Shown: positions 9,625-19,830 of the stretch, in pieces
Layout of the letters: each line of letters begins with the position of its first letter
Position numbering within the stretch: position 1 is the first letter of the stretch
DNA from: Alphaproteobacteria bacterium
Lineage (GTDB): Bacteria; Pseudomonadota; Alphaproteobacteria; RF32; CAG-239
Length of the DNA stretch: 64,000 bases
Reading direction: 5' to 3'
NCBI GenBank assembly: GCA_017464685.1
Contig: JAFTYO010000022.1
Span: 2,836-66,835, forward strand
The notes under the pieces: generated by a model
Told to the model about the DNA's origin: nothing
The model's database searches: none
The model's input: the letters and a program-made list of their open reading frames with translations, nothing else
Translations under genes and position numbers: made by a program

Positions 9625-12600
9625 TAAACTATTTTCTGGTTCTAAACTGGCTTGGACTGCCGGAACACTTGCTGTTCTTGGAGGTGCTGCTGCACTCGCC
9701 GGTGGCGGCGGTGGCGGCGGTAGTGATGGCTGCCATAAGTTTCTTGGTGATGATGGTGTTTGCTATGAAATAGTTGAGTGTGTTCATGGTAATCAATATA
9801 GAGACCTTTGTGTTTGCGATAAAGGTTGGGAAGGCACACTTTGTGATACTTCGGTGATTTGTGATTCCGGTTATGTCGGTATAGGTGAATGTCCTCTTGG
9901 CTACTATAATAACAAAAACAGCACTTCTTGCAACTCCGGTAACAATGTTTTGTATGAATGCAAACAACATACAGATCCGAATTGTAAAAACGGTAGTCCT
10001 GTCAAAGACGAGTGTATGGTGTGTAATGAAGGATATGAAGTAGACAGCAGCGGTTTGTGTGTGGCTAAAGATTGCGGTGCTGATTATGCCGAGTTGGGAC
10101 AATGCGGCGCAGGAATGTGGAATGATGACACTAAAGACAGTTGTCAATCTGCCTCAACCATGTTGTATAAGTGCTATGAACACAAAGAAGTTGAAAAATG
10201 TGCAAGTTATGATGAAATATCAGACGTTTGTGTCGATTGCGAATACGGATATGTTTTAAAAGGCGGAAAATGTGAAGTTAACCAATGTAAATCCTCTTAT
10301 TACTTAGTTGATAGCTGTCCGAATGGTTACTGGCAAAATAAAACCGATGAATGTAAGCAAGGTGAAGAATTAAAATATAACTGTGTTGCAAGAAACAATA
10401 AGACAGGTTGTGCAACATATGATCCATATTCTGACACTTGTTTATCTTGTGTAAGCAACGGATATGATTTGGTTGATGGCAAGTGCGAGGTTCACGATTG
10501 TGATGATAATATTTATGCTTTACAAGGTAAGTGCGCAACTGGTTGGAATGCCGCAACAACCGATACTCTTTGTACTGAAGGCACTGTTAAAAAATATGAG
10601 TGTAAAGCACATACTGCTCCTACAAATCTTTGTAAAACATATGACAAAGGTAAAGATGCATGTTCAGTATGTTATGAAGGATATACTCCTTCAGGTAGCC
10701 AATGTGTAGAGGTTGATTGTGGTGACTCATATAAAGAGTATGGTAAATGTGCTTATGAAAATGGCTATTATAATAACGATAGCACAGGAAAATGTGTGTC
10801 CGGTACTACACAACTGTTTAAATGTGTAAAAAATTCTGATAATAACTGTATTCAAAGTAGTCCTATTGAAGATAAGTGTATTCAATGTAAAGATGGATAT
10901 ACACCTAACGCTAATGGTAAGTGTGTAGTTAAAAATTGTGAAGGTGACTATGCTAAACTTGGTAACTGTGGAACGGGTAAATATAATAACGAAACTACTA
11001 ACCATTGTAAATCCGGTGAAGATGATTTGTATCTTTGTTTGGTAAATGATGTTGCAAATTGTACAACAACTTCAAAAGATTCAAATACTTGCGTTACTTG
11101 TGATACTGGATACAATCTGAAAGAAGGAAAATGTGAAATAAATCAATGTGGTGATGAATATAAGACATCTGGTCAATGTGGCGATGGGTATTATAACATC
11201 GCCTCAGCATCAACCGGTAATTACTGTGATGAGGGTTCAACCAAAAAGTATAAGTGTCAAACACAAGTAGAAGTTGACAACTGTAATATATATAGTGCAA
11301 CTTCAAAAGGCTGCGCACAATGTAAAGATGGTTGGAATGAAAAAGCAAGTTCAACAAGTTGTCCAATTAATACGTGTGACAATTATGCTAATGTTGGTGC
11401 GTGCACAACTGGTTGGAACGATAACTCGCAAAAGACATGTAACATTGGTACCAACACAGTGTATTACTGCCAAGCCCATACAAAAGTTGACCGTTGTGTA
11501 ACCTATAATCCGAGAGCAAATGAATGTGCGGTATGTACCGAAGGTTATACAGGTGCTCAATGTACTGAATGTGATACCGGATATAAATCAGATGGAAACG
11601 GCGTATGCTATCCGGACTTAAATTGTCAGCATGGTACAACACAAAATGGAGATAAGTGTGATTGTGCTGATACCGGATTTACAGGTGACGAATGTAATGT
11701 TTGTGAAAGCAGACAAGTAGAAGGGGATTATTGTTATCCTAAGCTTGAATGCCAATATGGCGGAACACAAAACAAAAACACCTGTGAATGTCCAGCTGGC
11801 TTTAGTGGAGATTATTGTGAAATATGCCCCAGTGGTGATATTGTTGAAACAAATGGTGTGTACGAATGTAAAGCTTTGGTGGGTTGTTTGCATGGTGGAA
11901 CTCAAGTAAACGGTATGTGTGTCTGCAAAACTGAAGATGCGGAAAATACTACGGTTGCGAACTGGACCGGAGATAAGTGTCAGACTTGTCAGAGCGGAGA
12001 CAGTTTAGGAGATACCTGTTTTGCAAAACGTACAGATTGTAATACACAAAACAGTTCGGGACAAAAGTATGGTGAATGTGTGTGTGCAAACGGATGGAGC
12101 GGAGATACTTGCGACACTTGTGATGGTTTGGTTTCTGATGGTGCATGTATTCCGACATATGCCGCTTGCGGAAGCAACGGTGTATGGTCATATGCCAATA
12201 ACAAATGTGAATGTGATGAAGGCTACAGTGGTGACAGATGTGAAATAGCTCCAACAATTGAATTAAATTGTCAGCACGGAGGAACACCAAATGCCGAAGG
12301 AACAGCATGTGTATGTACCGCTAATTGGAGTGGAACAGAATGTACCTCTTGTTCAAGTGGTGACTATGAAGGTGATACTTGTTACCAGAAAATAGATTGT
12401 AAAAACTACGGAACACAGAAAAAAGGTGTGTGTGAATGTAACTTTAGTAACTGGACCGGTGCTGATTGTAGCGTGTGTCCTAATGGTTATGTAGAACAAA
12501 CTGTATCGGGTGTTTCACTTTGTTTGACACCTGAAGAAAATACAAGAGGATGTATGTTCGGTGAGATTGTAGGTGACAGTTGTGAATGTTACAATGGTTG

Positions 12601-15600
12601 GTCCGGTACAAATTGTGATGAGTGTCAATTTAATGGAGTAGCTGGAGTTGTAAAAGGCAATGTTTGTTACGAAAAAATGGATTGCGTAAATGGTACTCAA
12701 GATGGTGGTAGATGTTCATGTGATTCCGGATGGACAGGAACATATTGCGATATACAAACGACTCCTAATAACTACAACTTTTCTAAAACAATAAATGTTA
12801 CAAAAACAGATGCTACCACGGGTGAAAATGTTGTCGGCTTAGAACATAACGGTTCTGCCTCAAACAAAATCGGTACATGGACAGATCTTTACAATGCATA
12901 TGTTAAAGATGCCGGAACACTTGATGATACATATCAAATTTCGGTAAACAATACAAATCCTGCTAACAGCAGTAATACATTCGGTATGAAAAATGATACC
13001 GGTAATGCATATACCATTTATGTAAATGGTATCAACAATACAATTGCAGGTGTTCTAAAATCTGTTATTAATGTAACTCATGAAACTACAGTAGAAAATA
13101 AGAGTGCTTCATACTCTATGTATGGTATACACGCCGAAAACGATGTGGTTACAATTAAAAAAGATGGCAGTAAGGCAAACGGTCTTGACGTTTCAAGTGA
13201 GATTAATGTAACATATAAAGATACTTATGAAGGCACTTATGAGGCTGATACCGGTGTAAAGGTTGAATTGTATGGTATTCATAGTAAGTCAGGAGATGTT
13301 CATAACACTTCAAACTCTACTATTAATGTAAAATCAGAAGTAACAAGAACAGCTTATAAGCCACATACATATTTATATGGTGCATATTCCAGACGTGGTG
13401 ATGCGACAAATGATGGTATCATTAAGTTAACAGGAGCAACAGATGGTCCTGCTTATGGCCTGTATGCTGCTCTTAATGCAATTAACAATAATGAGATACA
13501 AATTTCGGGTGAGGCTGCAGCTTATGGTATCTTCGGAGCTGAATCGGCAACTAGTAGCGGAAGTGTAGCCGTAGAAGTTAGTAAACAAGGTGATGCTTAT
13601 GGTATTCGTACCCCCGGTGCCGCAAATTTAAGCGGAACCCTTAGTGTTACAACCAAATCTGGAGCCGCATATGGTGTGCATGCAAATAATAACATCACCA
13701 ACACAAACAGTATAACCACAGTTAGCGGTACAAGTGCTTACGGTCTTAAGAGTAATGATGGCAAGGTTACAAGTACAGGAGGTAGCATTAATGTTACAAG
13801 TACAACCGGTTCTGCATATGGTATTCAGACCGGTAAAGGAGTTGTAAGTAACAGTGATATAACTGTTAAAGGTACAAAAACCTCAACAAATTCTGTTTTC
13901 GGTATTAGTGCCGGTGATGCTGTAACTAACAATGGCGGTAAAATAGATGTTACGTCGTCTTCCTCATCATATGATTATCGTAATGCTTATGGTATTAATA
14001 CCTCAAGCGGCAAGGTTACCAATAGTGGTACAATTACGGTTAACGGTAATACTTATGGTGGTTCAATTTATGGCGTGAATACTCCAACCGGAATTGATAA
14101 CACAAATGGTACAATTATCGCAACAGCGAAAGGAAATTATACAGATGCATATGGTGTTTATACTTCAAGTAGTGTTGATATGAGTAAATTAGGTACAATA
14201 AAAGCCAGTGCCAGTGGTAGTATTGCAGATGCTGTGGCTGTTTATTTTGGAACAGGCAGTGTAAACTTAAACAATACAAACACGGCTAATTTGTCCGCAT
14301 CGAGTAGTTATATCAGATATCTTTTTGAAGGAGCAAATGGAACAACAATTACAAGCTCAGCTAACATTAATGCCGGCTTAAAAGCAGGAACGGTTAATAA
14401 TAGCGCTACACTATCCGGTGCTCTTTATGGTATTTATGCCTATAATACCGCAAGCAACACAGGAACCGTTAATGCTACATCCTCACATTATACCAGTACA
14501 CGAGGTATATATGCTGGCGGAACTGTTTCAAACATAGGTGGTACGGTAAATATTACCGGAAATACAAGCGATTATACCAGTTATGGTATCCAGTCAAACA
14601 ATGGTGGTATAGACAACACCAATGGTAAAGTTACAGCCAGTGCCGGTGAGGTTTATGGCCTGTATGCAAGTAATGAAACTATTAATAATACAAATGGTCA
14701 TGTTGAGGTTTCAGGAAGTTATTCGGGTACTTATACTTCCTACACAGGAGGTATTAAGACATCTGGTGGTAATGTTAATAATAACTTAGGTACTGTTATA
14801 ACTCAGAGTAAGAACGATTATGTTTATGGTATCCAGACATCCACAGGTTCCGTAAACAATAGTGAGGGTGCTGTTACCGTGAACGGAACACATACAAATA
14901 ATCAGAATGTTTACGGTATCTACACATCAAGTGGCGAAATTAATAACGGACGCGGAAGTATTGATGTTACAGGTATTTCAAGTAATGTTTACGGTATATA
15001 TACAACAAGTGGTGTAGTTAATAACCTAAAAGGTAGTATTAAAGTTGAAACCGTTGAGGAAGCAACGGGAAGCGCATATGGTATTTACACTAAAGGTGCT
15101 ATTGATTCAAACGCACTTGGTTCAATAGTTGTTTCGTCAGAAAATGGTAAGGCAGTTGGTGTTCACTTTGAAAAAGGTACAATTGAGTTAACCAATACAA
15201 ATACACGAGATATCACCGTAACCGGACAAGAAAGATTGTTGTTTGAAGGAGCAACCGGTACAACCTTAAAGAACTCTGCAATTATTCAAGCCGGTATTAA
15301 GGCAGAAAATGTTGAAAACATCGGAACAATTAATGGTGGTAAGTATGGTATATATGCAGACAAGACGGTTAAAAACACCGGAACTGTTACTGCACAATCA
15401 GATACAACAGCATATGGTATTTATACCAATGGTACGCTTGATTTATCAGGATTTACAGGTTCTGTAACAGCTACAGCTCAGGATAAAGCGGTTGGTGTTT
15501 ATTTTGGACAAGGCGAAGTTGAAATTAGCGCTGCAGCAGCAGGAAACATTACGGTTAGCGGCAGTGGTGAACTTTATGTTATTGAAGGTGCAGAAGAAAC

Positions 15601-18391
15601 AAAAGTTACTAATAATGCACAGTTTAATAATGGAGGTATAAAAGCCGGAGATGTTTACAACAACGGAATAATCAGTGCCGGTGGTAAATATGGTATTTAT
15701 GCTTATAACGAGGCTGTAAATACTGCTGCAATCACAAGTTCAGAATATGGTATTTATGCCGGTGGAAATGTTGATAACAGCGCTAATATTACAACAACTA
15801 ATAGCTATAATAAAGCATACGGAATTCGTGGTGATTCAGTCAAAAACTCTAAAAGAGTTACGGTTACTTCTGCAAACAATGTGGCTTATGGTATATATGC
15901 TTTAAGTTCTGTAGAAAATACAGGTGGTACAATCAATGTTACATCAACTACGAAGGATGCATATGGTATTTATACCAATGGCAGCATTGATTTATCGAAA
16001 CTTGGTACAATTACCGTAAAAGCAGGTGCAACCGGTACAGCTGTTGGTGTTCGCTTTGCAAACGATACACTATTGTTAACCGGTAATCATGGTATAAGTA
16101 TAACCAGTGGTTTGGAACGCTATTTGTTTGAGGGTGGAAAAAATACAACCATTAATAATAACGCAACCATCTCAGCCGGTTTGAAAGCTGAAAACATCAC
16201 AAATACCGGTACCATAAGTTCATCAGGTATAAGAGGTGTTTGGGCATCATCGAATATAACAAACAGTGGTACAATTAAAGCTACTGCAAACTATGATAGT
16301 GTGTATGGCACTTACTTAGATAATGTTAATGCAACATTTGATAATACAAATGGTAAAATTGTAGCAACCAATAATAGTACCTCCTCTTCTACTGTATATG
16401 GTATATTCACAAAAGGTGCAGTAGATGTAAATAAACTTGGAACGATTACTGCATCATCAAATACAACAAATGGTAAGACAATCGGTGTTCATTTTGAAGA
16501 TGGAACTTTAACATTGAATAATGACTTGACCAATTTTACCTTAACAGGAAGAGAAAAGTATCTGTTTAACGGTGGTGTTGAAACTAAAATTGTTAACAAT
16601 GCAAACCTTACAAAGGGCGGATTATCAACCGAGCAAGGTACTATTGAAAATAATGTTAGTATAACAACCGATTCTAGCACAGGTATATATGCTAAAACCG
16701 GAACGGTGATTAATAGTGGTGACATATCCGTCAGTGGATCTTCTGGTAAGTTATATGGTATTAGAGCTGAAGAAGGCTCAACTGTTACCAATACGGGTAA
16801 TGTTACTGTAACTAAATCTGGCAGTTCTGCTGAAGCTTATGGCGTTTATTTAGATGGTAGTACTTTTGATAACCAAGGTGCAATTGAAGTTAAAAACACC
16901 TACAATTCATATTATTCTAAAATGTATGGCGTTTATGCAACAAACGGATCTGTTGTAACAAACAGTGGTACAATTAAGATAACCAGCACTTCCGGCACAA
17001 AAGAATGTGATTCAACAAATTGTAAGGCAAGTACTTCGGCTCCAACTACATCTACACCTGTATTTGTCTACACAAGTTCGGATTCAACTTTTAAAAATAA
17101 CGGTGCGGTAGCATCGGTAGCTTCACTCAATTTGGATACTGATTTTGGTGAAGGTCAGGTAATGCTTGCTCAAAACGGTTCATTTAGTGCTCCATCATTG
17201 ATGGGTTCATTAGGTGTTGCAACCGATGTAGTTGAAGAAGGTTTTGAAAATACGTATACTGTACAAAATGCCATTGTATCTGATGATACAACCGGATTAA
17301 ATCTAACCTCAACTTCTGCATTATTTGATGCAACATTAGATGGACAAGATGTTGTTATGAATAAAAAAGACTTTGCTGATGTGGTTGAAAATGCTTCAAT
17401 GGCAGAGTTTTTAGAAAATAACTACAAATTTGAAAATAATGCCTCATTGTTTGAAACATTGAAGAAACAGAACAATGTGGCAATGCTTAATGATGTAGTT
17501 GATGTATTATCCGGTAGCGATTTGAAACGCTTCAACTTTGAAGATATGCTAATGTTAAAAGAAGTTAGCGCAGATATGAACAATAAACTATTTGAAAATA
17601 AAAATAAAAACGAATACTTTACACTAACCGGAAATACTAATACCACATATTTTGAAGAAAATTCGTCTGCAAATTCCAGATGGATGATAAGCGGTAAGAA
17701 ACTTGGTAAGAAGAGTTATGGTATGGGTATTGTGTTTAGTAATCTTCGTTCATATGACGATGATAGTTCAAATAATCGTGAAGATGAATCTGTACAACTC
17801 TTGATGCCATTTGGTTATAATACACATAACTTTGAGTTTATCGCAATGCCAAGATTGGGATATTCTTACGGAACATATACTCGTAATGGTATTGATAACC
17901 TCAATTATGATGGTACAATTGAAAAACGTATATTTGGATTAAATACGGCCTTTCGTTATCCAGTTGAAGTTAATGATTGGAAGTTATATCCAACTATGGA
18001 ATTCAATGCAATCAATTATTTAGTTGATGGTAGTGAAGAAAATAAACCATATGCGTTGGATATTGACAGACAAAACATTACTTCTGCAGAAATTGGTGTG
18101 GGCTTGAATGCATCCAAATCATATAACTTTGATAAAAATCACAATATGAAAGTAAACTTTGGATTGATGGCTTATCATGAGTTCTTAGATCCTTATGAGT
18201 TAAAACTTTCTATGAGAGGTATGGACGGTTCATGGCGTATTAAAGATGAACGTCGCAAAGATAACCATATAACCATAAATGGTGGATTTGAATATAATTT
18301 AGTTCCGTTTGCCGTATATGGTAATGTGTTCTCTTATATTGACAGTGAATATAATACTAAGGCTGATTTAGGATTAAAGTACGCTTTCTAG
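9608..18391 (+). CDS. giant cysteine-rich-repeat, autotransporter-like surface protein (frame 2 open from 9608; ~2,927 codons)
   Basis: Gly-rich linker, then ~9 tandem ~57-aa 8-Cys repeats and ~12 EGF-like CxCxxGWxGxxC repeats. After these come ~50 degenerate (S/T)AYG(I/V)(Y/H) repeats. The C-terminal ~240 aa are beta-barrel-like and end ...LKYAF. The annotated GTG start at 9854 is not a real start. Confidence 0.7.
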   Translation, partial: HSGGGSKLFSGSKLAWTAGTLAVLGGAAALAGGGGGGGSDGCHKFLGDDGVCYEIVECVHGNQYRDLCVCDKGWEGTLCDTSVICDSGYVGIGECPLGYYNNKNSTSCNSGNNVLYECKQHTDPNCKNGSPVKDECMVCNEGYEVDSSGLCVAKDCGADYAELGQCGAGMWNDDTKDSCQSASTMLYKCYEHKEVEKCASYDEISDVCVDCEYGYVLKGGKCEVNQCKSSYYLVDSCPNGYWQNKTDECKQGEELKYNCVARNNKTGCATYDPYSDTCLSCVSNGYDLVDGKCEVHDCDDNIYALQGKCATGWNAATTDTLCTEGTVKKYECKAHTAPTNLCKTYDKGKDACSVCYEGYTPSGSQCVEVDCGDSYKEYGKCAYENGYYNNDSTGKCVSGTTQLFKCVKNSDNNCIQSSPIEDKCIQCKDGYTPNANGKCVVKNCEGDYAKLGNCGTGKYNNETTNHCKSGEDDLYLCLVNDVANCTTTSKDSNTCVTCDTGYNLKEGKCEINQCGDEYKTSGQCGDGYYNIASASTGNYCDEGSTKKYKCQTQVEVDNCNIYSATSKGCAQCKDGWNEKASSTSCPINTCDNYANVGACTTGWNDNSQKTCNIGTNTVYYCQAHTKVDRCVTYNPRANECAVCTEGYTGAQCTECDTGYKSDGNGVCYPDLNCQHGTTQNGDKCDCADTGFTGDECNVCESRQVEGDYCYPKLECQYGGTQNKNTCECPAGFSGDYCEICPSGDIVETNGVYECKALVGCLHGGTQVNGMCVCKTEDAENTTVANWTGDKCQTCQSGDSLGDTCFAKRTDCNTQNSSGQKYGECVCANGWSGDTCDTCDGLVSDGACIPTYAACGSNGVWSYANNKCECDEGYSGDRCEIAPTIELNCQHGGTPNAEGTACVCTANWSGTECTSCSSGDYEGDTCYQKIDCKNYGTQKKGVCECNFSNWTGADCSVCPNGYVEQTVSGVSLCLTPEENTRGCMFGEIVGDSCECYNGWSGTNCDECQFNGVAGVVKGNVCYEKMDCVNGTQDGGRCSCDSGWTGTYCDIQTTPNNYNFSKTINVTKTDATTGENVVGLEHNGSASNKIGTWTDLYNAYVKDAGTLDDTYQISVNNTNPANSSNTFGMKNDTGNAYTIYVNGINNTIAGVLKSVINVTHETTVENKSASYSMYGIHAENDVVTIKKDGSKANGLDVSSEINVTYKDTYEGTYEADTGVKVELYGIHSKSGDVHNTSNSTINVKSEVTRTAYKPHTYLYGAYSRRGDATNDGIIKLTGATDGPAYGLYAALNAINNNEIQISGEAAAYGIFGAESATSSGSVAVEVSKQGDAYGIRTPGAANLSGTLSVTTKSGAAYGVHANNNITNTNSITTVSGTSAYGLKSNDGKVTSTGGSINVTSTTGSAYGIQTGKGVVSNSDITVKGTKTSTNSVFGISAGDAVTNNGGKIDVTSSSSSYDYRNAYGINTSSGKVTNSGTITVNGNTYGGSIYGVNTPTGIDNTNGTIIATAKGNYTDAYGVYTSSSVDMSKLGTIKASASGSIADAVAVYFGTGSVNLNNTNTANLSASSSYIRYLFEGANGTTITSSANINAGLKAGTVNNSATLSGALYGIYAYNTASNTGTVNATSSHYTSTRGIYAGGTVSNIGGTVNITGNTSDYTSYGIQSNNGGIDNTNGKVTASAGEVYGLYASNETINNTNGHVEVSGSYSGTYTSYTGGIKTSGGNVNNNLGTVITQSKNDYVYGIQTSTGSVNNSEGAVTVNGTHTNNQNVYGIYTSSGEINNGRGSIDVTGISSNVYGIYTTSGVVNNLKGSIKVETVEEATGSAYGIYTKGAIDSNALGSIVVSSENGKAVGVHFEKGTIELTNTNTRDITVTGQERLLFEGATGTTLKNSAIIQAGIKAENVENIGTINGGKYGIYADKTVKNTGTVTAQSDTTAYGIYTNGTLDLSGFTGSVTATAQDKAVGVYFGQGEVEISAAAAGNITVSGSGELYVIEGAEETKVTNNAQFNNGGIKAGDVYNNGIISAGGKYGIYAYNEAVNTAAITSSEYGIYAGGNVDNSANITTTNSYNKAYGIRGDSVKNSKRVTVTSANNVAYGIYALSSVENTGGTINVTSTTKDAYGIYTNGSIDLSKLGTITVKAGATGTAVGVRFANDTLLLTGNHGISITSGLERYLFEGGKNTTINNNATISAGLKAENITNTGTISSSGIRGVWASSNITNSGTIKATANYDSVYGTYLDNVNATFDNTNGKIVATNNSTSSSTVYGIFTKGAVDVNKLGTITASSNTTNGKTIGVHFEDGTLTLNNDLTNFTLTGREKYLFNGGVETKIVNNANLTKGGLSTEQGTIENNVSITTDSSTGIYAKTGTVINSGDISVSGSSGKLYGIRAEEGSTVTNTGNVTVTKSGSSAEAYGVYLDGSTFDNQGAIEVKNTYNSYYSKMYGVYATNGSVVTNSGTIKITSTSGTKECDSTNCKASTSAPTTSTPVFVYTSSDSTFKNNGAVASVASLNLDTDFGEGQVMLAQNGSFSAPSLMGSLGVATDVVEEGFENTYTVQNAIVSDDTTGLNLTSTSALFDATLDGQDVVMNKKDFADVVENASMAEFLENNYKFENNASLFETLKKQNNVAMLNDVVDVLSGSDLKRFNFEDMLMLKEVSADMNNKLFENKNKNEYFTLTGNTNTTYFEENSSANSRWMISGKKLGKKSYGMGIVFSNLRSYDDDSSNNREDESVQLLMPFGYNTHNFEFIAMPRLGYSYGTYTRNGIDNLNYDGTIEKRIFGLNTAFRYPVEVNDWKLYPTMEFNAINYLVDGSEENKPYALDIDRQNITSAEIGVGLNASKSYNFDKNHNMKVNFGLMAYHEFLDPYELKLSMRGMDGSWRIKDERRKDNHITINGGFEYNLVPFAVYGNVFSYIDSEYNTKADLGLKYAF
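9613..9621 (+). repeat. poly-G homopolymer (9 G), a candidate slipped-strand phase-variation tract
   Basis: A 9-G run in an otherwise AT-rich genome. A 1-nt loss (or a 2-nt gain) would fuse frame 1 (signal peptide plus ANK) to frame 2 (the giant ORF). Confidence 0.7.
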
Positions 18392-18409
18392 TAGAAACAC
18401 ATCATTTGT

Positions 18410-18437
18410 AAAACCGCTCTTTTTGAGCGGTTTTTTG
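18410..18437 (+). terminator. rho-independent terminator after the giant gene
   Basis: AAAACCGCTC-TTTTT-GAGCGGTTTTTT. Confidence 0.7.
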
Positions 18438-18560
18438 TGTTATTATACATTAGCTAAAAAATTGACAATTTAATATTATCTGACTTGAAAAATTTTTCCT
18501 TTACATTTTTATCACAAAATGATAGTATAGACTATGTAAAATTTAGTCGAATGATTTATA

Positions 18561-19829
18561 ATGGATGAGAAAAACATATACGATTCCTTTTTGGAACAAT
18601 ATAAAGATTATCCCAAAGAATTGTTTTCTTTGGTTGAAAAAATTCGTCCGCAATTGCCTAAAAGCAATGAAGATGAAAATTATAATTCAGGTACGATGCA
18701 AAAAGATGAAGATATCGGTTTGTCGTCAAATATTGCAGTTATAAATGCTCATAATTTTGAAAGAGCTTTTGCTGATTATAAAGAGCAAAATTCTTTTATG
18801 TCGGATACTGAGGCAAAAGCTCGTGTCGTGTTTGATTTTTTGTCGCAACACGGCGCTCCTTTTTCATATGATAAAAATAAAGATGATTTTTTATTTGCAG
18901 AAAATGGTGAAGATGTAATAAGAGAAAATTTTTATGCTAATAAGATTTATGAAAATGCGCTAAGCAATACAAATTTTTTCGATAGACACATATCAAATAT
19001 GCAGATACTTTGTCTTGAACAGAAATCTGTTACCGATATGCCACGAAATATTAACGGACTTAGCCAAGAATCTATTGATAAGTTTATGGGTATTCCGGAT
19101 AAAGAAAGATTGGAAATATTATATAAAAGGGGATTGTATCACGAACTTATTCATATGACTATGCCGACAACAGATGAACGCAAGTGTGATGCTTTTGCAT
19201 TGTTAAAAGTTATGCAAGAATATCCTAAATATGCAAAAACAATCTTTGAAGTTTATAACATTCCGCGCTCAAAAATGGGCTATACCATTGATACTTTACA
19301 TCAAAAAGACGGTTTTGCAAAACAAAGAGCAATTAAAGGCGGAGCGATGACTTATCTTATGCCCAATACTTATAAAAAATTGGAACAGTATGCGCTAAAC
19401 CCTAAGATGATACCGCAAAATGATGAACAAATATTACGTCTTACTTGTCAATTGACTTCGGAGCCGGAATTTTCTAAAGAACAATTGTCAGCATATGCTC
19501 AACTTTTAGCTCAAAAACATATAAGTCCTCAAAATTTAGCCGGCAACGAAATTGTCCAGCTCTGTATGGCTCAGGGCGGTTTTGACAGTATTGAAAAATA
19601 CATTGAAAGTGATGCAATATTAAAAAATATTTTAACAACTTTGGATAAAGAAAAAACAATCAGTGAAAAGTCGGCATCGGTAAAAAGCCGTATCAGTGAA
19701 AAATCACATAAAACAATTGATGAATTAAGAGGTATATCTTCTGAGACAAAAGTACCTTATAAACCCAAAATCGTGACAATCAATCCGGCAACTTTGAAAT
19801 TAGCGCAAGACAAAAAACAAAGAGTTTGA
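18561..19829 (+). CDS. hypothetical protein (422 aa)
   Basis: Long ORF with no recognisable motif. Its stop is 1 nt before the next start. Confidence 0.4.
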   Translation: MDEKNIYDSFLEQYKDYPKELFSLVEKIRPQLPKSNEDENYNSGTMQKDEDIGLSSNIAVINAHNFERAFADYKEQNSFMSDTEAKARVVFDFLSQHGAPFSYDKNKDDFLFAENGEDVIRENFYANKIYENALSNTNFFDRHISNMQILCLEQKSVTDMPRNINGLSQESIDKFMGIPDKERLEILYKRGLYHELIHMTMPTTDERKCDAFALLKVMQEYPKYAKTIFEVYNIPRSKMGYTIDTLHQKDGFAKQRAIKGGAMTYLMPNTYKKLEQYALNPKMIPQNDEQILRLTCQLTSEPEFSKEQLSAYAQLLAQKHISPQNLAGNEIVQLCMAQGGFDSIEKYIESDAILKNILTTLDKEKTISEKSASVKSRISEKSHKTIDELRGISSETKVPYKPKIVTINPATLKLAQDKKQRV

Positions 19830-19830
19830 T

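Noticed and set aside
9854-9856. GTG 'start codon' of the giant ORF given by the ORF track
   Set aside because: The frame is open upstream back to 9608. There is no RBS, and the encoded N-terminus (ICDSG...) is mid-repeat with no signal peptide. The real N-terminus is supplied by the upstream frame across the poly-G tract.
9629-12700. Many 60-170-aa ORFs on the minus strand and in other + frames inside the giant gene (e.g. 9629..10147, 10727..11005, 11949..12308)
   Set aside because: They are antisense or out of frame relative to a long, clearly structured repeat-protein ORF. They are low-complexity translations of Cys- and Gly-codon-rich DNA, with no independent signals.
12760-17050. Possible CRISPR array suggested by periodic nucleotide repeats
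   Set aside because: The repeats are imperfect, have no constant-length spacers, and lie wholly within a continuous ORF that encodes YG[IV] protein repeats. No cas genes are present.
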